In this document: positions 24,797-40,078 of the stretch, in pieces
How positions within the stretch are numbered: position 1 is the stretch's first letter
Layout of the letters: each line of letters starts with the position of its first letter
Source: Eledone cirrhosa
Lineage: Eukaryota
DNA: 64,000 bases
Assembly: GCA_964016885.1 (NCBI GenBank)
Contig: OZ024743.1
Span: forward strand, 320,168,001 to 320,232,000
Direction: 5' to 3'
Made by a program: the position numbers and the translations under genes
The notes under the pieces: model-generated
The model's input: only the letters and a program-made list of their open reading frames with translations
Databases searched by the model: none
Told to the model about the DNA's origin: nothing

Positions 24797-25363
24797 CTTG
24801 TAATAACGCAGTTGCTGATGTTGTGTTCGTGCTGGATGAATCCGGTAGTGTTAAACTCCACAACTTTAAAAAAATGAGGAATTTTGTTAAAGACATAGTG
24901 AGTTCTTTTGACATCGGTCGCGACAGCATTCGTGTTGGAGTCGTAAAATTCAGTTACAATCCCACAAATGTGTTTTACCTGAAGAAATATTATACGAAGA
25001 ACGACATAATAAAAGCTATCGATAGAATACCTTACAAGAAAGGAAGTACTTACACGCACAAGGTTCTTAATTACTTGAGAACTAGTGCTTTTAAGGCAAG
25101 CAATGGAGATAGACAAAATGCCCCGAATATTGCTATCGTTATAACTGATGGAAAATCTAAAAATGCAACCTTAACAGCTGAGGCAGCAAGGAAATTACGA
25201 AAAGAGAACACGATAGTTTTTGCTATTGGAATCGGCAAAGGTATTGAAAAAGCTGAGTTAAATACGATTGGTAGCTCGCCAAGCAGTGAATATGTATTTT
25301 CAGTCGACAACTTTGATGTTCTAAAATCAATCGAAAAGGAATTGGTTGAAAAAACTTGTGGAG
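24797..25363 (+). CDS. von Willebrand factor A domain exon, copy 1 (567 nt; matrilin/collagen VI-like)
   Basis: ttttacttttag|CT TGT AAT...TGT GGA G|gtatgt. MIDAS DESGS, GSTYT, IVITDG, FAIGIG; flanking cysteines; phase 1-1. Confidence 0.93.
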
Positions 25364-25852
25364 GTATGTACGAAATTATGTATCGATATTTTGAGCACTT
25401 ACTTGAAAATCTATAAATTTTCCCTTCATATCTTTGCATAACCCGAAATTAGGATGTACAGCCGTATGAAGGATATGGGGTACTAGAAGAGAACTTCTCA
25501 TAATCCTTGAAGTATTAACATGGGTTTTAATTATGGTTAATCAATTATAGTCTTCGTTGAACTCTTAACGTATTCAATTAATCAATGAATAAATGATGAT
25601 GATATGCAAACTAAGTGGTCTTCCGATCCTGTAATTAGTTAAATGCCATACCTTTAATATTTTCTCGACTGCACAAACGATGTTGATGGCCAGGCACCTT
25701 CAGATTCATTACAGCTTTACTTCTAGAAACAAGTGTTCCTGAAAATTGACTAAGTGTATTTTGTATTATATTTTGGCGTGTGAAATATTTCTCATACAAC
25801 GTTACGAAAATATAATTTTTTAAATGCATATACACGCGCACACATACACACA

Positions 25853-25893
<41 letters not shown>

Positions 25894-25996
25894 ACATATA
25901 TATACTAATAGTAATGAGATTCACAGAAAGATGCACTAGTATATGTGTGTACGGCTCCGGCGTTGACCAGTTTTGCTCAATGACCGAAAGAGTTAA

Positions 25997-26445
25997 AATA
26001 ATCAATTAATCAGAGCTATTTATCAAACTAAAAATGCGAGTAAATAATAGAGAAAAATATACCTATTTTTCTTCACAGTCCAGACTGCAGTTTCGCCAAA
26101 TTGCTTTGCAGTAATCATTCACTTCTATAGTGCATCTATGCAGCAAAGCAATTTGGCGAAACTGCAGTCAGGATTTTGAAGAAAAAATAGGCATATTTTT
26201 GTCTAATATTTCCTCGCATTTTTAGTTTGATCAGACCATGACGCAACACAATTGGCGGCGTCATCAGATGTAAAGAACATAAAAGATGTAAAAGATTTAG
26301 TTCAGTAATCCCTACAGGGTTACGGCATATTATAAACACATAATCGATACTGAGGCTGCCCGGCCAGCGATGCAATTCGGTATATTTTTCTCTATTATTT
26401 ACTCGTATTTTTAATTTGATAAATAGCTCTGATTAATTAATTATT
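25997..26445. mobile_element. MITE-like/foldback element with ~65-bp terminal inverted repeats and a nested hairpin (copies ~40182-40630, ~54271-54719)
   Basis: aataatcaattaatcagagctatttatcaaa...aaaatatacc versus ggtatatttt...tttgataaatagctctgattaattaattatt. Inner gactgcagtttcgccaaattgctttgc / gcaaagcaatttggcgaaactgcagtc. Confidence 0.65.
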
Positions 26446-27529
26446 CTAATTATGCCTTACTAGACTTCTTTTCTAGTATTTGGCTCTCAAATATGAACAC
26501 CTTCTTCAATCAGTCATCCATAAATATACATGGTATGAAAGGAATCGGAGATAGAAATAAAAAATGTTGTTATTGACTCTGATCTTTTCGATTCTCTGCT
26601 GGTTGTTCATATTAAGAGAGAGGCTGAACTGTTAATTGATCACCATCTAGTTATTTGTAACTTGAGACTAACTAATGTCAAGAGAGCCCACAGATCTGGC
26701 AGCTTTAAGTCGTCTACAGAATTAAGTGGCAAATGTTGACGGATAAGAAAATAAGGAACAGTTATGCGGATACTATTGCATAAAAATTCAGAGAACTGAG
26801 TAAAGCGATGTTGTTGAAACAGAGTAGTGACTGTTTAGCTCGGTAGTTTCTAATTCAGCTGTTAAATGTTGCGGCTGAAATGTTGCGGCATATCATCAAC
26901 ACATTGTTGTTTCATATGTCTTAGTCTTTGTGTTTTAAATATATTTGAGCTGTTTAGAGTTAAAATCCTTGTAACAGGTACTAAGACTATTACATGCAAT
27001 AATATCAATACTATTATTATTAAAATGTATTATAAGGTAGGTATTGTTATATGGAGATCATCGTAGTCTTATATTTTAGTCTTATGCTCTTTCCCCAATG
27101 GCTTGCCATGGAGGAAACAGGAAAATAGTTAACTGAACTCCTTGCCCAAGTAAAACAGACGTGAACATTTCAGAATCAAGGGAAAAATTACACACGTTCG
27201 TCTAGCCTATGATAATAGCCCCCTCTACAGAAACCCGCAAATAATCAATACAGGGACACTGTGCATGTTCACGACAACATTTAATTTTCTTTATTGTTTT
27301 GTCAATATTTTGTTTTACATCTCATTAGGATAATTTACATGGTTCTTCTAATCTTGGCTCAATGAACGTTTCAATATAGCTAAGCTGCAAACGAATTCTA
27401 GATTCGTTTAATTCGATGAATATGAGATATTGTATTTCTTATCGGGGTAACCTGTGTGATAGGAAGACATGAAGGTAAGGGGCTGGTGTAGTACAGTAGC
27501 AATAGTGTTTCTTTTAATAAGGTTTTTGA

Positions 27530-28161
27530 CATAGCAGAATTTTCCCCTCTACAAATTTAAAGACAACGCTTTCTACACCCAGCGCATTATCAAGGAATCA
27601 CATTTTATCGCTAAATCCGAATCCCCTCTAAATGCATCTATTTCAAACGAAATTGCAGCTGGCACACTTTAAAATTAGCACCTTGCACAAATTAAGGAAG
27701 ATCTCTTTGAAACATTCACACTGCAGGTCAATTTAAGAATGACAGCATTACAGACAGAAATATCAATATATATATTTTTAGAAACAATTAGTTCCTCAGT
27801 CAACTCTAAGGTCACTCAATCATTTAAGTCAACCCCACGGACAGCTCCCATTACCCTTATTAATTGTGATACTATTACTACTACACCTTCCTGTCGTCCC
27901 CTTCTGATTCATCCACCCCTTCTCCGTCTTCCCCTTCCTTACCATAGCCCTGGTATTACTACCACACCTATCCCATGACCCTCCCTCGTTGAGAAAGCAT
28001 ATATGCTGAAACCGGTACAATTAAATGCGGAAATCCCTATTTTGTTAATAAATGTTTTGATGTTATTCTGAGACAGAATCCTTTTAGTATTTTCTACTGT
28101 TCATTTTCCTTTATTACTATTTTTTATGTATATCAACTCGTGTGTCACTTCTATACATTCC

Positions 28162-28165
<4 letters not shown>
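27530..28165 (+). mobile_element. Penelope 3' remnant related to 1-1120 (copies ~41715-42350, ~55798-56433)
   Basis: RIFPLYKFKDNAFYTQRIIKESHFIAKSESPLNA aligns to KIFPIYKFIDNASFIHRTNKETYFINKFQPLLNG. Hammerhead-like TTGAGAA-AGCATATATGCT-GAAA-CCGG-TA at 27989-28017; same caactcgtgtg tail before (TA)n. Confidence 0.75.
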
Positions 28166-28200
<35 letters not shown>

Positions 28201-28778
28201 TGTATATATAGTGTATTTCGTAATACAATGTATGCTTAATTAAAATCATTTTGAAGACCATACGCTATTGCTTTAAAATACTGACTATGTCACTTATTTA
28301 AATTTTCCGCAAACAGGGGAGATAAACAGACAGAGCTCTGTTTCGTACTTTTTGGTACTTATCAAAGCTCACTACTCAACTTGTTTGCTGAAAACTATGT
28401 GCGTTGGATTCTTATAGAATTCCAGTAATAATCAGGAACTGATTATACAGAGCAGTCGCCGGCGCAGCAGAAATTGAAAATTAGAATTGGTGCTCTGAAA
28501 TAGCGATATATATATGAATGTATATATAGTGTATTTTGCAATACAATGTATGCTTAATTAAAACATTTTGAAGATCATACGCTATTGTTTTAAAATAGTG
28601 ACAATGTCACTATTTTAAAACAATAACGTATGGTCTTCAAAATGCTTTTAATTAAGCATACATTTTCTAGAAATACTCGAAATATTAACTTTCACTATAA
28701 TGTGTAATTTTGACACAACACAGCTATTGTTAACTAATGATTAGATTATTTAATATCTATTTAAATGTTGATTTGAAG

Positions 28779-28892
28779 GTGTTGATCCGTGTGGCAAGAA
28801 ACCATGCCAAAATTGAGGTGTTTGTACCAACAACGGCAAAATTTACAGTTGCTATTGTATGGCTGTATTGTCAGGGACAGATTGTACTGTTG
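28779..28892 (+). pseudogene. EGF pseudo-exon (copies 43006-43119, 57059-57172)
   Basis: VDPCGKKPCQN*GVCTNNGKIYSCYCMAVLSGTDCTV. Six cysteines retained, TGA at 28814-28816, donor reads G|ataagt, acceptor is gaag. Confidence 0.9.
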
Positions 28893-29373
28893 ATAAGTAG
28901 AATATAACAATTAATTATTGACATACTTATGTCTAAGCCTTAATAAATATAATGGTTTCTGGTTTAGGTGCAAGGATTTGAAATCACACCATAAAGAGCC
29001 GTATCTTTTTGCTGCAAAGCATGGCGTCCGACCCTCTACCGATACTGCCAATCCACTCTAATGATAATGATGGTTTCTTATATTAGATTCATTGTTATCG
29101 TGTAAATGATGACATAGAAAGTCATCCATGAAACTCGGGGTTGTATTATAATTTTCAATAACAGGATTAGCAAAAAACATGGATTAATACATAGAATATA
29201 AATAACCACAAGAAATTATCAAATAAATCGTCAATAGTCATATAGGTGATAATAAGTACACATATCAAAAAGCCCGGATTATGATGATACATTTAATGCT
29301 TTGTCACCAGCATATAGTTCCATTATTAGATATTGCACTACATAACAATGGGAAATAACCCATTATTAACAAC

Positions 29374-29378
29374 AACTA

Positions 29379-29461
<83 letters not shown>
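29374..29461. repeat. (ACT)n microsatellite, length-variable among units (also ~43600-43706, ~57655-57732)
   Basis: Directly visible. Confidence 0.9.
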
Positions 29462-29676
29462 GGAATTCAAGATAATCTTAAGAACTATTTAAAACTAGTT
29501 TAAACTAGTTTAAAACATTAACTTTTAATTTATTGCGATTCACTCTTCTATTTGTTAAATTTCTTCACAAGGACGTATTTTATTTGTTTGTAAAAATTAG
29601 GATCATTTTCAGTCGATGCATTTATTGATAACTGATGATTAGTATATTTAATATCTATTTAAATATTGATTTGCAG

Positions 29677-29787
29677 TTGAACCCTGTGACACGAAACCAT
29701 GCCAAAATGGAGGAGTTTGTAAAAACAGCGGCAAAACATACTCTTGCTTATGTAAGGGTGGATTCTCTGGGAAAGATTGTTCTGTTG
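29677..29787 (+). CDS. EGF-like domain exon, copy 1 (111 nt)
   Basis: gatttgcag|TT GAA CCC TGT...GTT G|gtaaga gives VEPCDTKPCQNGGVCKNSGKTYSCLCKGGFSGKDCSV; six-cysteine EGF pattern; phase 1-1. Confidence 0.93.
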
Positions 29788-29923
29788 GTAAGAAGAATAT
29801 AATAATTAATTATTTACTTATATATGCCTTCACCTTGATATATTGAATTGAATGCACTAAATGTTTATGTATAACGACTTTCCCTGTCAGAAATTCTCTG
29901 ACAAAATAATGTATAGTTATACA

Positions 29924-30018
<95 letters not shown>

Positions 30019-30086
30019 ATATATATATATATATTATATATTATGGAATACTGTTGGCTTTTGCTACAATGTTTACTATACCTTTC

Positions 30087-30151
<65 letters not shown>

Positions 30152-30507
30152 TATATACATATATATATATAAATCAAGAAAGAAGAATTGACTGGTTATA
30201 ATAAAGAATTGGTGATCGATTGACGCAAAAACAGGCGGATAGCGATCTCTAGACCTACCAGTTCAGAGAAACAATTGTCAGCGATGTGAATGGAGCCCTT
30301 ATTGTATAGCAAACCATGTCACTCTTCTCTTTTGATCTATTATTACTCCAAGTGTAAACTACATAGAAATCACCGCGTACTCGCAGCATCACTATTGAAA
30401 CGTCTTGTTGAGTCAAACTTAGCCAAGCGTTAATACTATCCACTACTCGGAGTACCCTAACTGGACTACATCTAAGTGGACTACCTATAACGATAATTTG
30501 TTATCCC

Positions 30508-32549
<2,042 letters not shown>

Positions 32550-32650
32550 TACCCACTCTACTACCCTAAGTATTGAGTACTTGGTGCGTTATGGTCCTCC
32601 TGGCTCCTTACCACATTTCCTTCGTTATATATATATATATATTTATATAT

Positions 32651-32711
<61 letters not shown>

Positions 32712-35700
32712 TGAATAGAGAGAGAGAGAGTGACAGATATTAGAGAGTCTAACATGGCAAAAACACATGGAGATATGCATATATCCTTCACATAAACTTG
32801 TATCTGTTGCTACTAATGTTGTTACTACTATTATTAAAAACATTAGTACTCACAGATACGTTTTGTGAAGGTTCTATGTATATTATTAAAAACAAGTGTT
32901 TCTGGAAATACTAGTAATATCAACATTCACTCTAATGCTGATAATGGTTTCTTATATTAGATAGAAATAGCATCGATTATATGGGTACAATACGCGATGA
33001 CATACAATGTCAGCGATGATATTACTTCGAATAAATAACAATAGAAATAGCAAAAAAATAAACAGAACGTTAATTACAACATTAATAACCACTGGAAATT
33101 ATCAAGTATATTTCGCGAATCACGTAGGCATTAATAAGTACACATATCACAAACTCTGAATTAGGCTGACACTCAAAATGTATGTCTTCTAAGTTTTGCC
33201 AGCAGCCAACATCCACATAATTTGAAGACGTTCATAAGTTTCTGACAGCGAGAAATATCTGAGGCTTCAAATCTTTCGATTCTTTACATCTCGTAAATTC
33301 TTTGCTGCAGAGTAGCTGTTGGCAGTATAAAGACTCAGTACGAACAGATTGAAAATATCAACTCTCTTCTCCTCGCGATAAAAAAACAAACGGTAAAACT
33401 TCAAAATTAACTGGCACGTAGGCTGTTTCTGTCAAGCGCATGTTAATAGCTGTTCTATATAAACATATCAGCAATGCACCGATACTTCTTATTACGAAGT
33501 CGGTGAATGGCAAACACTTTTTTGCTGATCTGAAGTCGGATTCAAGCCTAACCCCAAAGTGACCACATATCTTAACTTTGGACGCTTTTACAGTCTCTGC
33601 TGCAATTTATCGTGCCTGCTTATACCGCAAGTGAAAGAAGGGCTTATTGCCAAGCCAAGCTTTGTAAACCTCCTTCTTTGCTCGGATGGCATGTTGAACC
33701 TCTTCATTGAACCAAGAATTCTTCCTGCCAATCGGCGCAAGACCAAGCCTCTTTTGCAAGCAGGATTTAACAGCTGAAGCAGAAACTTCTGTGCTGAACA
33801 ATCTCTGAATTTGGATGCAATTGGATCTGCATAACTGGCCTTCATTTCCTTTTCCACCAATGCTTCCCGTTCTATCCAGGAGGTCGCTCTGGAACTGCCA
33901 GTTTTCTGGGCTTCTTTGGCTTTAGGTACTCAAGTTGCAGATAACAAGATGGTGATCACTTGACAGCTCAGCGCCTCTCTTAACTCGAGTCCAATCTAGC
34001 TGATGAACAGTGTGGTTTTCTCCCCGGACGCAGCATAGCCGACCAAATATTCACATATCGTGGGAGTATTGCCAAGATATATATTCTTGTGTTATCGAAC
34101 TTCGGAAGACATATGATCACATTCCACGGGACCTGCTATGGAAGTTTGTGCAGGAGTATGGGATTGATGGTCAGCTTCTTGCTGTCTTGATGTCTCTATA
34201 TGAATTCCCGAAACCATTCAATGTCGGAATCGGAATCTCCTGTTAATTATTTACATAAACAGGATTGTATGAGCAGCCGGTTTGGAAGTAGTATCGTGTC
34301 TGGCATTTGTAAAATGGGTCGCATGGAATTTTCAGACGACATGGTGCTACATAACTCGACAGATCTTCGACTTCCGCATCTCACCTTCCTTCTGAAGGAT
34401 ACTTAAAGAAAAGGATAAGTTGGTGTCCGGAGAGAAAGGTGTTTGCCCTCAGTCCTTTTAACCTCGTCCACCATATTACCTCTCTCGCCATAGCCACCAG
34501 ACAGAGGAAAATCGTCTCTCCTTCGTTCTTAAATGAAGGCGGCGGGGTGATCCTCACGATTGTCTCGGCTGACAACTGGATGCGTCCCACACATGACAGC
34601 AGCTGTTCGACATAATAGGTTTGATGCCGAGTGCTGCATGGCTGGAATTAAAATCAGTGCTGCAAAAACTGAGACACTCGTCCACTCGAGGAAGCCTGCA
34701 AACTGCACGCTACATATGAGTGGAGTTTCACTGAAGCAGGTAGAGAAGTTCAAGTATCTCGGGGCCGTGTTCACGAGTGATGGAAGGCAGGAGGCTGAAT
34801 TAAATGCAAGAATTGCAAAATCTGGAGTAGTAATCCGCCACCTGCAGCATTCAGAAGGGAGGTAGGCGTAAAAGCAAAACTCGCTATCTTCAATTAGTCT
34901 TTCGTGCCAACCCTTACCTATGGTCATGTATCTTGTTTAATGACCGAAGAATACGATCGCGAATACAAGTGGCAGAAATAGAATTCCTCTGATGGGTATT
35001 TAGAGTACAGGAATCTGAGGCTCATTATATGTAGAACCGCTACTTCTCCGAATTGAGAGATAACAGCTCCAATACTATGGGCATGTGGTTAGAATGTCTC
35101 GGGTAAGAATCGCTGGACAGATTTTACGGAAAAAACCAACCGGCAGAAACCCAGGGGTAGATCCCGATTAAGATGGTTAGATAACATCCATGAGCTTGGC
35201 TGGTCACGCTTGGGGATCCAGCCGGATCAGTTGGAGACGGTAGCTTCTGACAGGACTAGCTAGAAGGAGTGTTTGAGGACTCTGACCCTACGACCCTCTC
35301 GGGAAAAAGTGGGTGATGAAGAGTAAGAGTAAAAGAAGTAAATAGATAAATAAGTAAATAGATAAATAAGTAAATAAATGTCCAGGTATTGTTATCTACC
35401 CTTCAGTCTTGTATTATCACATAAGTAAGTTCTCTCTGTTAAAGTTCGGTTTAATGTTTAACAAGCAGTATTGCGATTCTATTCACTGACATGTGATGAT
35501 GAATATGGGATTCCTCTTCTTTAAATATCAACAAAAGTGGTCATTTGTTTTTACACCTATGTTACTGGAGAGGAAACTATGATAACTAATTCCACAGTGA
35601 TATTAATAGCCATAGATATGACGTTCTACATATATATACATGCACACACGCGCTCGCGCGCGCACACACACACATATATATATATTATTTTTATTTTGAA

Positions 35701-36024
35701 ACGGAAGCAGATAAATCCACGAACCTTGAGACCTACAAACACGGCCAAGTATAAATGCATAACGTATGCATGATTTTCATCGAAATATGTATATATAAAC
35801 TTTTGTTAACAAAATTTTAAGTTTCAAATATCATAAAGAGACAAAAACATAAATATACATAAGAAGTGCATTTATAATTTTATCCTGATAAATCAAATTC
35901 AGCTAATGATGTCATTTGCAATATAATTACATGTAAAGCTTTAGAAACTAAATTTATTGTCTGTAATAGAAATTGATTTTGACATAGTACTAATTTTTTT
36001 ATTTTTTTTATTTTCCTTATTAAG

Positions 36025-36042
36025 CACCACCCCTACAACCAA
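36025..36042 (+). CDS. Linker microexon, copy 2 (APPLQP)
   Basis: Identical to 21832-21849 with the same splice sites. Confidence 0.62.
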
Positions 36043-36055
36043 GTAAGTAGCTGCA

Positions 36056-36136
<81 letters not shown>

Positions 36137-36153
36137 ACCTATCTCTCTCTCTA

Positions 36154-36206
<53 letters not shown>

Positions 36207-36283
36207 ACATATATACATATATGTCTATCTTTCTGTTTTTATATTTCTCTCTCTCTCTCTCTCTCTCTCACTCTCTCTCTCTC

Positions 36284-36338
<55 letters not shown>

Positions 36339-36349
36339 ACCTATCTCTC

Positions 36350-36401
<52 letters not shown>

Positions 36402-36444
36402 CACACATACACATATATACATATATGTCTATCTTTCTGTTTTT

Positions 36445-36520
<76 letters not shown>

Positions 36521-38979
36521 ATATCTATCTAAATATCTGTCTATCTATCTATTTATCAATTTATCAATCCATCCAACATCCCATTCAATATTCAATCCTG
36601 GCATTGTTACTGTCAAACCACGCAAATTAAAAAAAAACAACATTTCTTTATCAACAGCCTCAATGCTGACTATAATTCCTCTCCAACTTTAGAAAGAGGA
36701 TCTCAATTCGTGGCTAGGAACTTGCTGTTTTCTTCATCAAATCTGCTTCCTTATAAGGGTCATTTTACCTGCCACATCAGTTTAATGTTTCGTCACTTTC
36801 CTTAAGATGCTATGGCAATTTCACGTTAGGCTAGCTCTCAAGTTAAAGTAATTCGAGAGTCCAGTGGGTTTTGTTTGAGATTGTGTTCTGGGTGTCGAAA
36901 CCGCGGGTGTGTAGAAATGGTCGACCATTTTTTTTTTTCACTCTGTATACAAGTTATATTTTTCACGTTCTGTATACAAGTTATATTTTAACCTCATTGA
37001 CTCATTATGATGATTCGGAAGACCCATTTTTAAGTTCTCACTGAAAAGACACTGGTAGCTTGGACATTTCTACTGCTGGATGCTACTTGCCCCTGGCCAT
37101 TACTGCTGATAATGATGAAGTAGTGGGACATATTGCCTTGCTTAATTTGTGACAATTTCCGGAGCCTCAACTGATGGCAATATAGTAGCAATAAGCTATG
37201 GTTTGTCTTAATATCTATTACGCAGATGTCAGCAAAACCTCTGATGTCAAATATATCTACGTTGTTATCAACATTCACTTCGAGAGTGCCGTTAGAGTCG
37301 ACATGTCTAATAAGCTAGAATCGAAGACAGGCTGGGATAGACAATACCATGGCCAATATTTGGTAAGGCGTGTCAGAAGAAAATGATATCAACTTGTATG
37401 CCAGGAAAGGCTCAGATGCTTCAGGGTCAAAACAAAAACGGAAGTACTAGTTCATGAAGCGAAAGTTTGGTCATGAAGAACTATGAGAATAGAATAATAA
37501 AAACGGATCCTAAAACTAAATGGAGAACGTACAAGCATTACTGTTGACTCCATTACCTCTGAAGGCCCGGTTCTTCCCAATTCTGAATATATACACGAGT
37601 ATGCTCCAATTGACAACCATATGCACTGGACAGTATGACAAATCTTCATGAAACTGGACAAGAAGCAGTATAAAAATATACTAAACACGGTATATGACAT
37701 CAGCTTGGCGAAAAACCTCTGGAATATGCCCATAAAAAACAGAAAATGAAATCAAGGCAAACTATCAAAATAAAATAGTCAAAGATTTAACAAACCCACA
37801 CGTGTACACTAATATATATTGAAATTACTACTGACCAAAATATTGCTAGAAAAATAGTGAAACAACTGTCACTATACAATATGTAGTGTAAAAACACTGC
37901 TGTATGTTAAAAATAACAACAAAACATTGACGCTGTACTAGGGTGCACAGGGCAATAATCTTTCCACAGAAAAACACTGCTAGGAACAGCTCACACCATG
38001 GGCAAGGCATTATCAATTCGAAGCAAATTTTAATGGTTAATAATTTAGACACAGGGACACAGTTTTATAGGTAGAATAATGCAACAAATTCGACATCAGC
38101 CATTTCGTGGTACTTTATTTATCGACCTTGAAATGTTGAACAGGAAATTTGACCTTGAGGTTATTCACTTAAGAATATAAAGAGATTAAAAAAAGTAACG
38201 GTTTCTGAGTAAGGCACAGTGCATTATCAATTTTGCCAATTGACCGCCATCGACATCTTTCTTTTTCTTTACAATTAAACATGTTCTTGCATTTAATTTC
38301 CACTTTTATTTAGTGATAACGCAATAGCTGATATTATATTAGTGCTGGACGACTGAAATTATGATAAAATTAGAGAAAGGAAAGTCATTCGTAAAGACGA
38401 TAGGAAACATCTTTAATATTAATCAAAACAGCGTTAGAGTCGGAGCCCTGTCATTCAGTTTCCAAACCAAAGTGAAGTTTAACCAACATAAATATTAAGT
38501 CAATGAGATATTAGGAGGGTTATCGGTAGAATAACATACAAATTGGAAGTGCCTACACACACAAGGTTCTTGGTTACTTGAGAAAATATTTTAATCCATG
38601 ATTCGTAGATATGCTAAGTGTCCTGAATATTGCAATCATTATATACAAGGGAAAATCTGAAAATGCAAGGTTTACAACCGAATCGACCTCAGCAGAATGT
38701 GAAAACATAACATATAAGGCATTTTGTCCGACGTTCTACTGATGTCACCATAGCACCCATCCACACTTACAGCAGTAATATCCCTATAATCATAATGATA
38801 CTTAAGAATAATTGCTTAATAGACATTGCCGTAATCTTCTACGATATTATGAATTACAATAAAATATATACAATCATATATATTAATATAAAGCTACTTA
38901 TAATCTTACTTTCTAAATGATGTAAACTTTACTATCGTGTTTTTTTTCATGTCTTGGCAATATTTTGTTTTACTTTTAG

Positions 38980-39546
38980 CTTGTAATAACGCAGTTGCTG
39001 ATGTTGTGTTCGTGCTGGATGAATCCGGTAGTGTTAAACTCCACAACTTTAAAAAAATGAGGAATTTTGTTAAAGACATAGTGAGTTCTTTTGACATCGG
39101 TCGCGACAGCATTCGTGTTGGAGTCGTAAAATTCAGTTACAATCCCACAAATGTGTTTTACCTGAAGAAATATTATACGAAGAACGACATAATAAAAGCT
39201 ATCGATAGAATACCTTACAAGAAAGGAAGTACTTACACGCACAAGGTTCTTAATTACTTGAGAACTAGTGCTTTTAAGGCAAGCAATGGAGATAGACAAA
39301 ATGCCCCGAATATTGCTATCGTTATAACTGATGGAAAATCTAAAAATGCAACCTTAACAGCTGAGGCAGCAAGGAAATTACGAAAAGAGAACACGATAGT
39401 TTTTGCTATTGGAATCGGCAAAGGTATTGAAAAAGCTGAGTTAAATACGATTGGTAGCTCGCCAAGCAGGGAATATGTATTTTCAGTCGACAACTTTGAT
39501 GTTCTAAAATCAATCGAAAAGGAATTGGTTGAAAAAACTTGTGGAG
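38980..39546 (+). CDS. vWA domain exon, copy 2
   Basis: As copy 1; SPSRE instead of SPSSE. Confidence 0.93.
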
Positions 39547-40035
39547 GTATGTACGAAATTATGTATCGATATTTTGAGCACTTACTTGAAAATCTATAAA
39601 TTTTCCCTTCATATCTTTGCATAACCCGAAATTAGGATGTACAGCCGTATGAAGGATATGGGGTACTAGAAGAGAACTTCTCATAATCCTTGAAGTATTA
39701 ACATGGGTTTTAATTATGGTTAATCAATTATAGTCTTCGTTGAACTCTTAACGTATTCAATTAATCAATGAATAAATGATGATGATATGCAAACTAAGTG
39801 GTCTTCCGATCCTGTAATTAGTTAAATGCCATACCTTTAATATTTTCTCGACTGCACAAACGATGTTGATGGCCAGGCACCTTCAGATTCATTACAGCTT
39901 TACTTCTAGAAACAAGTGTTCCTGAAAATTGACTAAGTGTATTTTGTATTATATTTTGGCGTGTGAAATATTTCTCATACAACGTTACGAAAATATAATT
40001 TTTTAAATGCATATACACGCGCACACATACACACA

Positions 40036-40078
<43 letters not shown>

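Noticed and set aside
24754-25416. 220-aa ORF as a stand-alone single-exon vWA gene with hydrophobic N-terminus (also 38937, 53028)
   Set aside because: The apparent leader is the translated polypyrimidine tract before the acceptor at 24796, and the tail lies past the donor at 25364. It is an internal exon.
27290-27345. Acceptor-like sequence sharing caatattttgttttac with the vWA acceptor
   Set aside because: Immediate stop in phase 1 and no recognisable domain follows; cannot support an exon.
28814-28816. In-frame TGA in the EGF-like exon as selenocysteine or readthrough
   Set aside because: It replaces a Gly rather than a Cys, and the splice donor is also destroyed; simple pseudo-exon.
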